Assembly (NCBI GenBank): GCA_963744145.1
Contig: CAVUSO010000001.1
Location: 1,184,001 to 1,248,000, forward strand
From: an uncultured cyanobacterium
GTDB taxonomy: Bacteria; Cyanobacteriota; Cyanobacteriia; Cyanobacteriales; CAWUOF01
Length of the DNA stretch: 64,000 bases
Direction: 5' to 3'
Positions 20,514 to 29,491 of this stretch are shown piece after piece. Below the pieces are notes generated by a model. The model made no database searches. It was not told where the DNA came from and saw nothing but the letters and a program-made list of their open reading frames with translations. Within the stretch, counting starts at the first letter, position 1; each line of letters begins with the position of its first letter. A program made the position numbers and the translations under genes.

Positions 20514-21278
20514 TTAATTTCCCAAAGGTTGTTGAGTAGGTATCCCCACAGCACGAGGAAATAGAACTGAGGTGGGGGCAATTTTTCGCAAAAATAAACA
20601 ATGCCTGACACTATTGCTAATTGGTGTAGTAAAATCTTCAATATGTTCGATCGCACCACCTAATTTTTCCACAGCCGATCGCAAAGCAATAGTTTCTGTT
20701 TCCGTCCAATGACCACGATAAAGAATGGCTAAACCACCAACCTTTAATAAAGGTAGCGCATATTCAGCACAAATATTAGCAGGTGCCACAGCTCTAATTA
20801 AAGCTAGATCATAACTTTCCCGGTAAGCTGGATCTTGACCAAACTCCTCAACTCTACCAGTCACTGCGATCGCCCGTTCAATTTCTAAAGTAGTTAATAA
20901 ACTTTGGACAAAGGCAATTTTTTTACGAGTTGAATCAAGGAGAGTCACTGTAGCATCAGGAAAAGCGATCGCTACCGGAATTCCTGGAAAACCACATCCA
21001 GTGCCAATATCAACTATATTAGCAACAGTAAATTTGGGAACAGCTCCGGAAAAAACTCCTCGTAAAGAATCCCATAAATGTTTCTCCCAAAACTCTTCTG
21101 GTGCTGTAATCCGAGTTAAATTTAACTGCTGATTTCCTTGCAAAATTAACTCATAAAGTAATTGAAATTGACATTGTTCAACCTGACTCGGTTGCCAATG
21201 TAAAGTCTCTTGCCAGACTGCAACTAAATCTGGTAAGATCGGCATATTTACTTTCATTGTTGGCATTCTAATTATCAT
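20514..21278 (-). CDS. rsmG: 16S rRNA m7G527 methyltransferase
   Basis: NLTRIT, KHLWDSL, DIGTGCGFPG, LLDSTRKK, RAVA, FPRAVGIP. Confidence 0.95.
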   Translation of the reverse strand: MIIRMPTMKVNMPILPDLVAVWQETLHWQPSQVEQCQFQLLYELILQGNQQLNLTRITAPEEFWEKHLWDSLRGVFSGAVPKFTVANIVDIGTGCGFPGIPVAIAFPDATVTLLDSTRKKIAFVQSLLTTLEIERAIAVTGRVEEFGQDPAYRESYDLALIRAVAPANICAEYALPLLKVGGLAILYRGHWTETETIALRSAVEKLGGAIEHIEDFTTPISNSVRHCLFLRKIAPTSVLFPRAVGIPTQQPLGN

Positions 21279-21286
21279 CCTCCAGG

Positions 21287-21961
21287 TTATAAAACCACAG
21301 CCGAAAGTTGATCATTAATCGCGATTTGATCAGCCGCAACCGATCGCAAGACCCCATGATTAAGAGTCCAACAACAATCAGCAATATTCAACAAATCTCC
21401 AGCATCGTGAGTTACCACTAATAGACTCCAGTGATTTTTTAATTTAGACAGTAAATTTACCAATTGCTTCCGCATTGACCAATCTAAACCTGCGGTTGGC
21501 TCATCTAACAATAATAAATGAGGTTGACGAATTAACTGTACTGCTAAAGCCAAACGACGCTGTTGTCCACCACTCAAAGACAAAGGAGAAGTCTGTAAAG
21601 GTAGATCAGCTAAACCAACTTCTAACAAAGCTTCATGGACTTGATCTGCACCTAACTCCGGATGACCAAGACGTAATTCCTCTAAAATTGTCCCACCGCA
21701 AAAATGACGTTCGGGAAACTGAAAAACTAACCCTCCTAACTGTTGTAAGTGTTCGGGAGTAAGTTCTTGCTCTCTCCAAGAAATTTCACCGTCAGTTTTT
21801 GCCGCCAGTCCAGCTAAAATTTCCAGTAAGGTACTTTTTCCAGAACCACTAGGTCCAATGATTAGACCCATTTGTTGAGATGCAAGTTCTAAGTTAATTC
21901 CTTTTAAAATTGCAGTAGTGACAGCAGGAGGATGATAAACCAAATTTTTCAGATAGAGCAT
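21287..21961 (-). CDS. ABC transporter ATP-binding protein (EcfA/CbiO-like)
   Basis: GPSGSGKS, VFQFPE, LSGGQQRR, LLLDEPTAGLD, VTHD. Confidence 0.92.
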   Translation of the reverse strand: MLYLKNLVYHPPAVTTAILKGINLELASQQMGLIIGPSGSGKSTLLEILAGLAAKTDGEISWREQELTPEHLQQLGGLVFQFPERHFCGGTILEELRLGHPELGADQVHEALLEVGLADLPLQTSPLSLSGGQQRRLALAVQLIRQPHLLLLDEPTAGLDWSMRKQLVNLLSKLKNHWSLLVVTHDAGDLLNIADCCWTLNHGVLRSVAADQIAINDQLSAVVL

Positions 21962-22131
21962 TCGGATTAATTAGGGCTGATCCTGTATGAATTTTGGCAC
22001 AATTAGGCGATCGCTAAAAATCATGCCCGGAACTGACCACAGCCGATCGCGTCAAAAGGCAAGAAAACTATTTCCCACTTTGGCATAATCTGAATTATTC
22101 AGCAAAAAATTAGTTTAACCTTAGTGAACCT

Positions 22132-23187
22132 GTGACCAATTCTCCTCTTACCCTACGGACTACAAAAATGAAACTTGGTCAAATCGCTAGTGTCATCGTC
22201 GCGATCGCTTGCTGGATGAGTCCCGCTTGCGCCCAAGACCCATTCCGTGACACCAACCCGAAACCAATCGGCGATCATACAGAGGCTGCTTTCAAAGCTA
22301 TGTTTGTGGATGGAGACTATCGATCAGCCACAAATCTGGTGCAACAAGCTCAATCTAGTGAACCGAATGAGCCTTTAAATTATGCTTTACAAGCATCATT
22401 AGCTTATATGCAAGGAGACATTAGTTCTTTGGCTCAATATGCTAACCAAACTTTGGCAACTGCGACACAACTCAACGCTAATGATCCCTTACGAAGTAAT
22501 CTTTATATTGCGGTTGGTCATGCTTTAGAAGCTGGCTATCTGATTACTAAAGATGGCACTGTCAAAGGTGTTCCCGAGGCTTTGAGTAAACTCAACGAAG
22601 TCTTTGACTCATTAGACGTTGCATCAGGGATTAATTCTAAAGATCCAGAGCTAAATTTACTCAAAGGTTACATGGATTTACTTTTAGGCATTTATTTACC
22701 TTTTACCAATCCTGGTAAGGGAATACAACAACTACAAACCGATGCCGGTCCCCGCTATTTGGCTAATCGAGGTATTGCTTTAGGATATCGGGATTTGAAA
22801 CAATATGATCAAGCCTTACAATTTGTTAACCAAGCTTTAGTAGATACTCCCAATAATCCGGAAGTGCTATATCTCAAAGCCCAAATTCTGGTTAAACAAG
22901 GTAACCTAGATCAAGCTAAGGATTATTTCCAAACTGCTTTAACTAAATCTGAGCAACTCCCCAAACTTTTAGTAGCACAAATATTCTATGAACAGTGCCG
23001 GAACCAACGCGATTTAGACAAAAAACCTCGGGATTGCCCTAGTTTATTGAATCAAATCAAACAAGGACCTGGTTCATGGGGACAAGTACCCTCCCCCAAT
23101 TATAAAACTAGGTTAGGAACGTTGTCCGGTGACAATATAATATACTCGTTGACCAATATTAGTCGCATGATCGGCCATTCGCTCTAA
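22132..23187 (+). CDS. Sll0314/Alr1548-family periplasmic TPR protein
   Basis: Signal peptide then A.DPFR...IGD.TEAAF, DPELNLLKGYMDL; start may be 22168. Confidence 0.85.
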   Translation: MTNSPLTLRTTKMKLGQIASVIVAIACWMSPACAQDPFRDTNPKPIGDHTEAAFKAMFVDGDYRSATNLVQQAQSSEPNEPLNYALQASLAYMQGDISSLAQYANQTLATATQLNANDPLRSNLYIAVGHALEAGYLITKDGTVKGVPEALSKLNEVFDSLDVASGINSKDPELNLLKGYMDLLLGIYLPFTNPGKGIQQLQTDAGPRYLANRGIALGYRDLKQYDQALQFVNQALVDTPNNPEVLYLKAQILVKQGNLDQAKDYFQTALTKSEQLPKLLVAQIFYEQCRNQRDLDKKPRDCPSLLNQIKQGPGSWGQVPSPNYKTRLGTLSGDNIIYSLTNISRMIGHSL

Positions 23188-23781
23188 GTGACGAATGACT
23201 AAGACCATGAGTAAGATTGGTTCAACCACACCTTGGATATCGCGCTGTTGGGCTAAAGTGCGATAAAGTGTTTCGTAGGCTGTGTCCACCGTATCATCTT
23301 CTCGTTTAATCTGCTGACCTGCTTCCCCATCTAAATCAGCTAGTGATGCTAAACTCATAGCCAGCATCGCTTGAGCTTGATGGGACATATCCTCAACCTG
23401 GTCTATATAAGGCGAAATTGGATAAGGGAACAGTTTAATCGCGATTTCGGCTAAGTCTTTAGCATAATCACCAATTCTTTCTAAATCACGGACTAGCTGC
23501 ATAAAAGCACTTAATTGACGTAAATCTTTTGGTGCTGCGTCTGGGAGTGTCATTAATCCAGCACAGTCTAATTCAATTTGACGATAAAATTTATCAATTT
23601 TTTTATCTAAGGCAGCAATTTGTTGTGCTGCAACTAAGTCACGCTGAAATAGGGATTGATGACCCAAACGAAAGGAATTTTCTACCAATGCACCCATCCG
23701 CAACACATCTCGCGCTAAACGCTTGATTTGTCGCTCAACGTGAGTTGGCTCAGGACTGCTAGTCGAAGAGTAATAATTCAC
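23113..23781 (-). CDS. phoU: Phosphate signalling complex protein PhoU (SphU)
   Basis: DVLRMGALVE, DLERIGDYA, HLERMADHATNI; the GTG start near 23781 is inferred, and the ORF track extends to 23892. Confidence 0.93.
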   Translation of the reverse strand: MNYYSSTSSPEPTHVERQIKRLARDVLRMGALVENSFRLGHQSLFQRDLVAAQQIAALDKKIDKFYRQIELDCAGLMTLPDAAPKDLRQLSAFMQLVRDLERIGDYAKDLAEIAIKLFPYPISPYIDQVEDMSHQAQAMLAMSLASLADLDGEAGQQIKREDDTVDTAYETLYRTLAQQRDIQGVVEPILLMVLVIRHLERMADHATNIGQRVYYIVTGQRS

Positions 23782-23854
23782 CCCAAATATTTCAAAATAA
23801 AAGTTCTCATATACTAATATCGCTTTAATTTTTCTAAATTTTGATAATTTCAGG

Positions 23855-25192
23855 TTAACTTTTTGGTAATTCAATTTGCACCCATGCTCCACCAGTTTCT
23901 GGGTGATTGCGTGCTTTGATCGACCCTCCGTGGGCGCGGACGATTTGTTGGACGATCGCTAAACCTAGACCACTCCCAGAACTAAAATTATTCGGGGTTT
24001 CCTCGGCTAAGGTATTTAATGATAAATGGGAATCTCCAGCAGTCGGATCTCGCGATCGGGATTGATCTCCACGATAAAATCTGTCAAATACCCTTGGTAA
24101 ATCAGTTTCGAGAAAACCAATCCCCGAGTCAATCACATTAATCTGAATGTATTGTCTTCCTCCTTTTGTTTCTGGACTAGACCGTTCTGAGGGAGAAACA
24201 ATACTGACTTTAACCTGGATCTGCTGCTGGGAACTATATTTAATACTATTATCTAATAAATTGAGAAAAACTCGGTACAATCGGGATTCATCCCCTTGGA
24301 CCCACACTGCATCTGGACCAGAATAAATTAAATTTAGTTCTTTTTTATGGGCTAAGGGCTCTAAGGTTTGCCAGACACTATTAATTAGCGATCGCAGTTC
24401 CAGGGACTTAGTATTGAGGGTGTGAACTGGAGTAATTTCAATTTGTCTGAGTTCGAGTAAATCTTGGACTAAATTAATTAACCGATTTACTTCCACCATG
24501 AGACGATTGGCCCAAGTTTGCCAGGGAGGTTCTAAGTGAGTCTGTAAAGCTTCTACTACTAAGCGAATCGAAGTCAGAGGTGTTTTAAATTCGTGGGCTA
24601 AATCAGAAACCCAGCGATCGCGAGCTTGAGCTAATTCAATCATAGCTTGTCGATTTTCTAGAAAAACCCCTACCTCTCCTTGGGGCAATGGCCATCCGTA
24701 ACCTTTTAATGTTAAAGCTGGGGGAGTACCAATCGCTTCGGTACTCGAATAAGCTGGATGAAAGACCCACTCTCGTTCACAGGGTTGTTGTTGCTGACGA
24801 GTATTTTCAATTAATTCATCTAATTCGTAGGATCGGACTAACTCCAACAACAATCGTAATTGTCCCGGTTCCCAGCGTTGGATATTTAATATTTGTCTGG
24901 CCCGTTGATTGCACCAGAGGAGCTGATTTTCTTCATCTAAAATCAAATAACCGATTGGCGCAACTTGGAGGATCGATTGCCAAGTTTGGACTTGCTCCGT
25001 CAATTGTTTTTGTTGCTGATTACTTAAAGTAATCCCACGTCGTAAACGACTCAATAGAGGTAGAGAAACTTCCGTAACTTCAGTATGCCAAGCTCCGAGA
25101 ATTTTCCTTAGTTTCATCCGATACCAATAGTGGCACCCTAGGCAAAATCCGATGCCTAAAGTTAGTCCTAAAAAAAATGGGACTAAGGCCAT
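23855..25192 (-). CDS. sphS: Phosphate sensor histidine kinase PhoR/SphS
   Basis: LELVRSYELD, H-box AHEFKTPL, NLLDNSIKY, GSGLGLAIV; lies between a phoB-like gene and phoU. Confidence 0.88.
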   Translation of the reverse strand: MALVPFFLGLTLGIGFCLGCHYWYRMKLRKILGAWHTEVTEVSLPLLSRLRRGITLSNQQQKQLTEQVQTWQSILQVAPIGYLILDEENQLLWCNQRARQILNIQRWEPGQLRLLLELVRSYELDELIENTRQQQQPCEREWVFHPAYSSTEAIGTPPALTLKGYGWPLPQGEVGVFLENRQAMIELAQARDRWVSDLAHEFKTPLTSIRLVVEALQTHLEPPWQTWANRLMVEVNRLINLVQDLLELRQIEITPVHTLNTKSLELRSLINSVWQTLEPLAHKKELNLIYSGPDAVWVQGDESRLYRVFLNLLDNSIKYSSQQQIQVKVSIVSPSERSSPETKGGRQYIQINVIDSGIGFLETDLPRVFDRFYRGDQSRSRDPTAGDSHLSLNTLAEETPNNFSSGSGLGLAIVQQIVRAHGGSIKARNHPETGGAWVQIELPKS

Positions 25193-25248
25193 TTTTATTC
25201 CTCATCCAGCATTCAGCTTAGTAGTTAAGTCTTAATTCAGATTAACAA

Positions 25249-26019
25249 CTAACCTAACCGATAGCCAAAACCTCGTACTGTAATTATATATTCTGGTTGG
25301 CTGGGATCAATTTCAATTTTCTCGCGCAACCAACGAATATGGACATCGACGGTTTTGCTGTCACCAATAAAATCTGTACCCCAGACTTGATCTAGTAACT
25401 GATCCCGCGACCAGACTCGACGGGGATAAGTCATAAATAGCTCTAGCATCCGAAATTCTTTAGGGGAAAGATGTACTTCTTCCCCACGAGCTAAAACTCG
25501 ACATTCTTGAGGATAAAGAACTAACCCTTTAAATTGTAGTGTTACCTGTTGAGATAAATTGCCCAACCGTTGACGTCGCAATAAGGCTCGACATCTAGCA
25601 ATTAACTCACGCATACTAAAAGGTTTGGTCAGATAGTCATCTGCTCCTACCTCTAAACCCAATACTCGATCAGTCTCTGTTCCTTTGGCACTGAGGATGA
25701 GGATCGGTACAGGATTTCCTTGAAACCGTAACAAACGACACAGATCCAGACCATTAACTTGGGGGATCATTAAATCCAAGATAATTAGATCAAATCCGTT
25801 TTCCATTTGACGTGGATCGCTATTCTGTAGCAAGTTTAAGGCACTACGTCCGTTGTTGGCTGTAGCAACTTCAAAACCCTCTTCCTTCAAAGACATAGAA
25901 ATCATTTCGCGAATAATGTCTTCATCTTCAACTAACAACAGCCGATTGACTTGGGCTACTTCTGGTCCAAAAGGGTTCTCTACAGCATCATAATCCTTCA
26001 TCCCACCATTGATTGGCAT
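25249..26019 (-). CDS. sphR: OmpR/PhoB-family response regulator SphR
   Basis: REC + winged helix (TVDVHIRWLREK, TVRGFGYR); operon context. Confidence 0.88.
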   Translation of the reverse strand: MPINGGMKDYDAVENPFGPEVAQVNRLLLVEDEDIIREMISMSLKEEGFEVATANNGRSALNLLQNSDPRQMENGFDLIILDLMIPQVNGLDLCRLLRFQGNPVPILILSAKGTETDRVLGLEVGADDYLTKPFSMRELIARCRALLRRQRLGNLSQQVTLQFKGLVLYPQECRVLARGEEVHLSPKEFRMLELFMTYPRRVWSRDQLLDQVWGTDFIGDSKTVDVHIRWLREKIEIDPSQPEYIITVRGFGYRLG

Positions 26020-26412
26020 CTGAGATCGGGAAAGATACTGCTCGTTGCATATTCAGTTTGAGCAGATGATTTTATTAATGTCATGCCATAAACCCCTTAA
26101 TTCCATTCTCAATTTAAACCTAAAAACCAAAATATATCCGGACCAGAACTAAAAATTTGCTTTTATGTTTTGGATGGGCATCTAGCAAAATTCATTTGCG
26201 CTCTCTGGTATTATAGTATGCTAGGGTGAAAAACTAATCATAAATACTCATTGCTGTCACCCAGTAAACGAGAAAATCTGCCCCAATCTACCTACTGCTA
26301 ATCGCTTTTTCCCCAGATTTATCTAAATTTTTGTACCAGTACCAATTAAAGCATCTTCAGTGATGGCTGTCAGCAGACGATTGACCTCTCCCCCAGCCCC
26401 TCTCCTAAAAGG

Positions 26413-26825
26413 CTACGGTGTACACACAAGTTGAGATAGAGTCAGGAGGGAAGGGAAGTAAGGAGAAAAAAGTAGTGGAAAATCCAATTTTAATTCATGT
26501 GCAACAATGTCAGGGAACAGCATTCCCAGACCCAAGACGGGGAAAAAGAGGGGCTTCATTGTATACAGCGATGGCACAACATCAATCAGTAAATATTCGG
26601 AAAATCAGTAAAAATCGAGCCGAGCAAGTTGGATATTACCGATTTTTAGGGAATGAGAATGTAAAAACTGGAGAATTAGTCGTAAGTTGAGGAGAACATT
26701 GCACCTTACAGGTAGATGGAAAACACCAGGTCTTAGCGATAGCGTGATAGTAGTGAAATTAACTTACAGTCTCACAAAGGGAGATTAAAATCCGAGGGAA
26801 TTGGAGTAGTAGGAAACAATAAAGG
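26413..26825 (+). mobile_element. Truncated IS4-family (IS50/Tn5-like) element with pseudogenised transposase
   Basis: End CTACGGTGTACACACAAGT; FPDPRRGKRG...SKNRAEQVGYYRFL.NE.V, then a stop and frameshift, then DSSEINLQSHKGRL...GVVGNNK. Confidence 0.75.
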
Positions 26826-27023
26826 ATTAATTATCCTCAATTTATTAACTCACTGTTAACTTCTCTTACTCCCCATTCCCTCTTAGGGAAGGGGGCTGGG
26901 TGGTTAGGTTCTTAAATTTAATCATATTAATCACTTCACACCGATCGCTAAATCTAGGATAAAATTTATAAATAGTGTAGACTATAATTTGAGGAGATTT
27001 GAAGGAAGGAAAGAGGAAATTTT

Positions 27024-27713
27024 ATGCTTTTCCCATTTCCAGGGATGAACCCTTACCTAGAACATCCAGAAATCTGGTCAGGAGTACATCACTGGTTAAT
27101 TGTTGAACTTGCTAGGTTTATTTCTCCCTTACTGCGTCCCAAATACAGAGTCGCTGTTGAAGTGCGGATCTATGAAACTATTGGGGAACAATCGTTGCTA
27201 GTTCCCATCCCAGAAATCGTTAAACAAGGTTATTTAGAAGTGCGAGAAGTCGCTACGAGTGAAGTAATAACAGCCATTGAAATACTTTCTCCTATTAATA
27301 AACGTTCGATCGCAGCCCGTAAGCAATATGAGAGTAAACGAAATAAGGTCTTAGGCAGTTCAACTCATTTAGTGGAAATTGATTTATTGCGTCAGGGGCA
27401 ACCCATGCCAGTTTATCACAGCAATATTCAAACTCATTATCGCATTTTAGTCAGTCAAAAAAATCGTCGTCCTCAAGCTGATTTATATACCTTTAATTTA
27501 CCCGATCCTATTCCCTTATTTCCCTTAACTCTCAAGTCCGGAGATCAAGAACCCTTAATCGATTTACAATTATTATTGAATAATGTCTATGATCAAGCAA
27601 GTTATGATTTAGCCATAGATTACACTCAAGAACCAGTACCACCATTGTCAGAAGCAGATCGGATTTGGATGAATAAATTGTTGATCGAACAACAACTGCG
27701 ATCGCCCTCTTGA
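27024..27713 (+). CDS. DUF4058-family protein, apparently with internal in-frame deletion
   Basis: PFPGMNPYLE, IEILSP.NK, THLVEIDLLR.G, YDLAIDY. Confidence 0.85.
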   Translation: MLFPFPGMNPYLEHPEIWSGVHHWLIVELARFISPLLRPKYRVAVEVRIYETIGEQSLLVPIPEIVKQGYLEVREVATSEVITAIEILSPINKRSIAARKQYESKRNKVLGSSTHLVEIDLLRQGQPMPVYHSNIQTHYRILVSQKNRRPQADLYTFNLPDPIPLFPLTLKSGDQEPLIDLQLLLNNVYDQASYDLAIDYTQEPVPPLSEADRIWMNKLLIEQQLRSPS

Positions 27714-27769
27714 AAATTATCCTATTATCTGTATTAATCGTGATGTTAATCTCTGGATAAATTAGCTCC

Positions 27770-28354
27770 CTACCAAATTAACGAAAGGTCTAAAATAAAT
27801 CCTGGTAAAATATCTTCTCCTGATAATGTTTTTGGATTGTCTAAGATTTCTTTTTCTCTGCCCTGACGATAAATTTCAACTTGGCGGTTTTTGCGGTTGA
27901 TTAACCAACCTAAACGAGTGCCATTGTCCAGATATTCTTGCATTTTTTCCTGTAGAGGTTTTAAAGGATCGCTGGGCGATCGCAATTCAATCACAAAATC
28001 AGGACAAATTGGTGGAAACTTCTCTTGTTGTTCAGAGGTGAGTGATTCCCATTTTGCTAAGGGTATCCACGCTGCATCGGGAGAGCGATCTGCACCATTA
28101 GGGAGTTTAAAACAAGTAGAGGAGTCAAAGACAATACCTAATTGAGTTTGTCTGTTCCACAAACCCAAATCTAGGTTAATATCTGAGTTACGTTTTCCAG
28201 TTCCTCCTCCTGTAGGTGGCATGATAATTAAGTCTCCTTTGGCTGTACGTTCTAATTTTAATTCTCGGTTGGTGATACAAAGTTGATAAAATTGCTCATC
28301 AGTAATAGGGTAAGTTTCTGGGTTGTTTAAAATATATACCGTCATATTTTTCAT
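27770..28354 (-). CDS. Uma2-family endonuclease
   Basis: FDSST.F.LPNGADRSPDAAW, PDFVIELRS, LGWLI. Confidence 0.93.
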   Translation of the reverse strand: MKNMTVYILNNPETYPITDEQFYQLCITNRELKLERTAKGDLIIMPPTGGGTGKRNSDINLDLGLWNRQTQLGIVFDSSTCFKLPNGADRSPDAAWIPLAKWESLTSEQQEKFPPICPDFVIELRSPSDPLKPLQEKMQEYLDNGTRLGWLINRKNRQVEIYRQGREKEILDNPKTLSGEDILPGFILDLSLIW

Positions 28355-28430
28355 CTTCTTTATTATGGCTACAGAGGCAATAAAACATATTTTAGCACAA
28401 GTGATAACTGGATATTAATCAGAGCGATTA

Positions 28431-29066
28431 TCAATTTGGATACAAATCAATAATGCGCTTAATCACTCGCACTACATCATATAGTTCGTTCCGTTGTGGG
28501 TTAACAATGGTAAATTTCTTTGATATCGCATACTGGCGTAATTGCTGATCGAGCTTGACAAATATATAATCTTCACCATTCATGATCATCCCCAATGTAG
28601 GTATCTCAGGGTGTGGATTTGCCATCATATAAGCTAAGGTTTGGGGTAGTGCTTGTAAAACACTAAAGCTATATTGTTTAGCTTCTATTAACACGATCCA
28701 TAATAAGTTTTTGATCACCAATGTATCAATAAATCCTTCTAATATGGTGTCTCCATTTTCAATCTCTATTTTGACAAATTTCTCCCCACGAATTTTAAAT
28801 GGTGGATCGCAAAATCCCAAGAGTTCTAATAGAGGAGATAGGGTAATGATGATGACTGTGGCTTCGAGGATAAAGCCATCGGCGGCATAATAGAGGTAGC
28901 GATTTTTAATGCGATCTAGTGAGGTTTTTTCTGCCTCTGTAAGTTCAGGTAAATCATTCAGCCATTCGGTGAAGAATTGAGGATCGTTTGTTTGAGTGAT
29001 GTTGAATTTTCGTTGAGCTTCATTGAGGTTACTAATGGCTTTGGTGATGGCAATAGTTTGAGACAT
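28431..29066 (-). CDS. Restriction-endonuclease-like (HsdR N-terminal-like) protein
   Basis: G.ID.LV...LIEAK...LPQ.LAYM...NG.DY.FVKL motifs. Confidence 0.75.
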   Translation of the reverse strand: MSQTIAITKAISNLNEAQRKFNITQTNDPQFFTEWLNDLPELTEAEKTSLDRIKNRYLYYAADGFILEATVIIITLSPLLELLGFCDPPFKIRGEKFVKIEIENGDTILEGFIDTLVIKNLLWIVLIEAKQYSFSVLQALPQTLAYMMANPHPEIPTLGMIMNGEDYIFVKLDQQLRQYAISKKFTIVNPQRNELYDVVRVIKRIIDLYPN

Positions 29067-29248
29067 AATTGATCAGGTTTTGTTTTTGAATTTTAGCATC
29101 AAGGTATTTCAGCTATCTATATGTATTTTAACTTTTCGACTCCCCCCTGCCCAACCAACACAGATCAATCACAAGCAACTTTCACCGATCGCTATTCACC
29201 CCAAATCTGACTGTACTTAATCAGGTCATCCGCAGTAATTCATGCGAG

Positions 29249-29316
29249 CGCGAGTAATCAAACCTCTGGGTGAATCTGGACACCGATCGCGAGTAATCAA
29301 ACCTCTGGGTGAATCT
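29249..29316. repeat. 29-bp exact direct repeat (29249-29277, 29288-29316)
   Basis: CGCGAGTAATCAAACCTCTGGGTGAATCT twice with a 10-nt spacer. Confidence 0.9.
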
Positions 29317-29470
29317 TCGCACTATTGTACTTCATCAATCGGTCCTACGCTGTAGAATTTCTTCACATCTTTGTTTTAAAATAATCAGGTAATATTCGGT
29401 CAAAAAAAATCGATCACCGAAGGCAATGGGACTAAATAAAGAGAGAAAAATAAAGAAGCGTAAAGAGCAA

Positions 29471-29489
29471 AAGGGCTATCATAGCCCTT
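29471..29489 (-). promoter_or_regulatory. Perfect hairpin just 3' of the FGE-sulfatase gene (candidate DGR target-recognition hairpin and/or terminator)
   Basis: Minus strand AAGGGCTA-TGA-TAGCCCTT, 2 nt after the TAG stop, followed by a pyrimidine tract. Confidence 0.65.
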
Positions 29490-29491
29490 GG

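Noticed and set aside
22100..26130. Pho boxes near sphR, phoU and the TPR gene
   Set aside because: Only isolated YTTAAYY-like half sites (e.g. near 22116, 23853, 26096); no convincing triple repeat at 11-bp spacing
29100..29470. Possible DGR template repeat next to the target gene
   Set aside because: No similarity to the VR and no AAC-rich copy seen here or elsewhere in the window; no RT ORF
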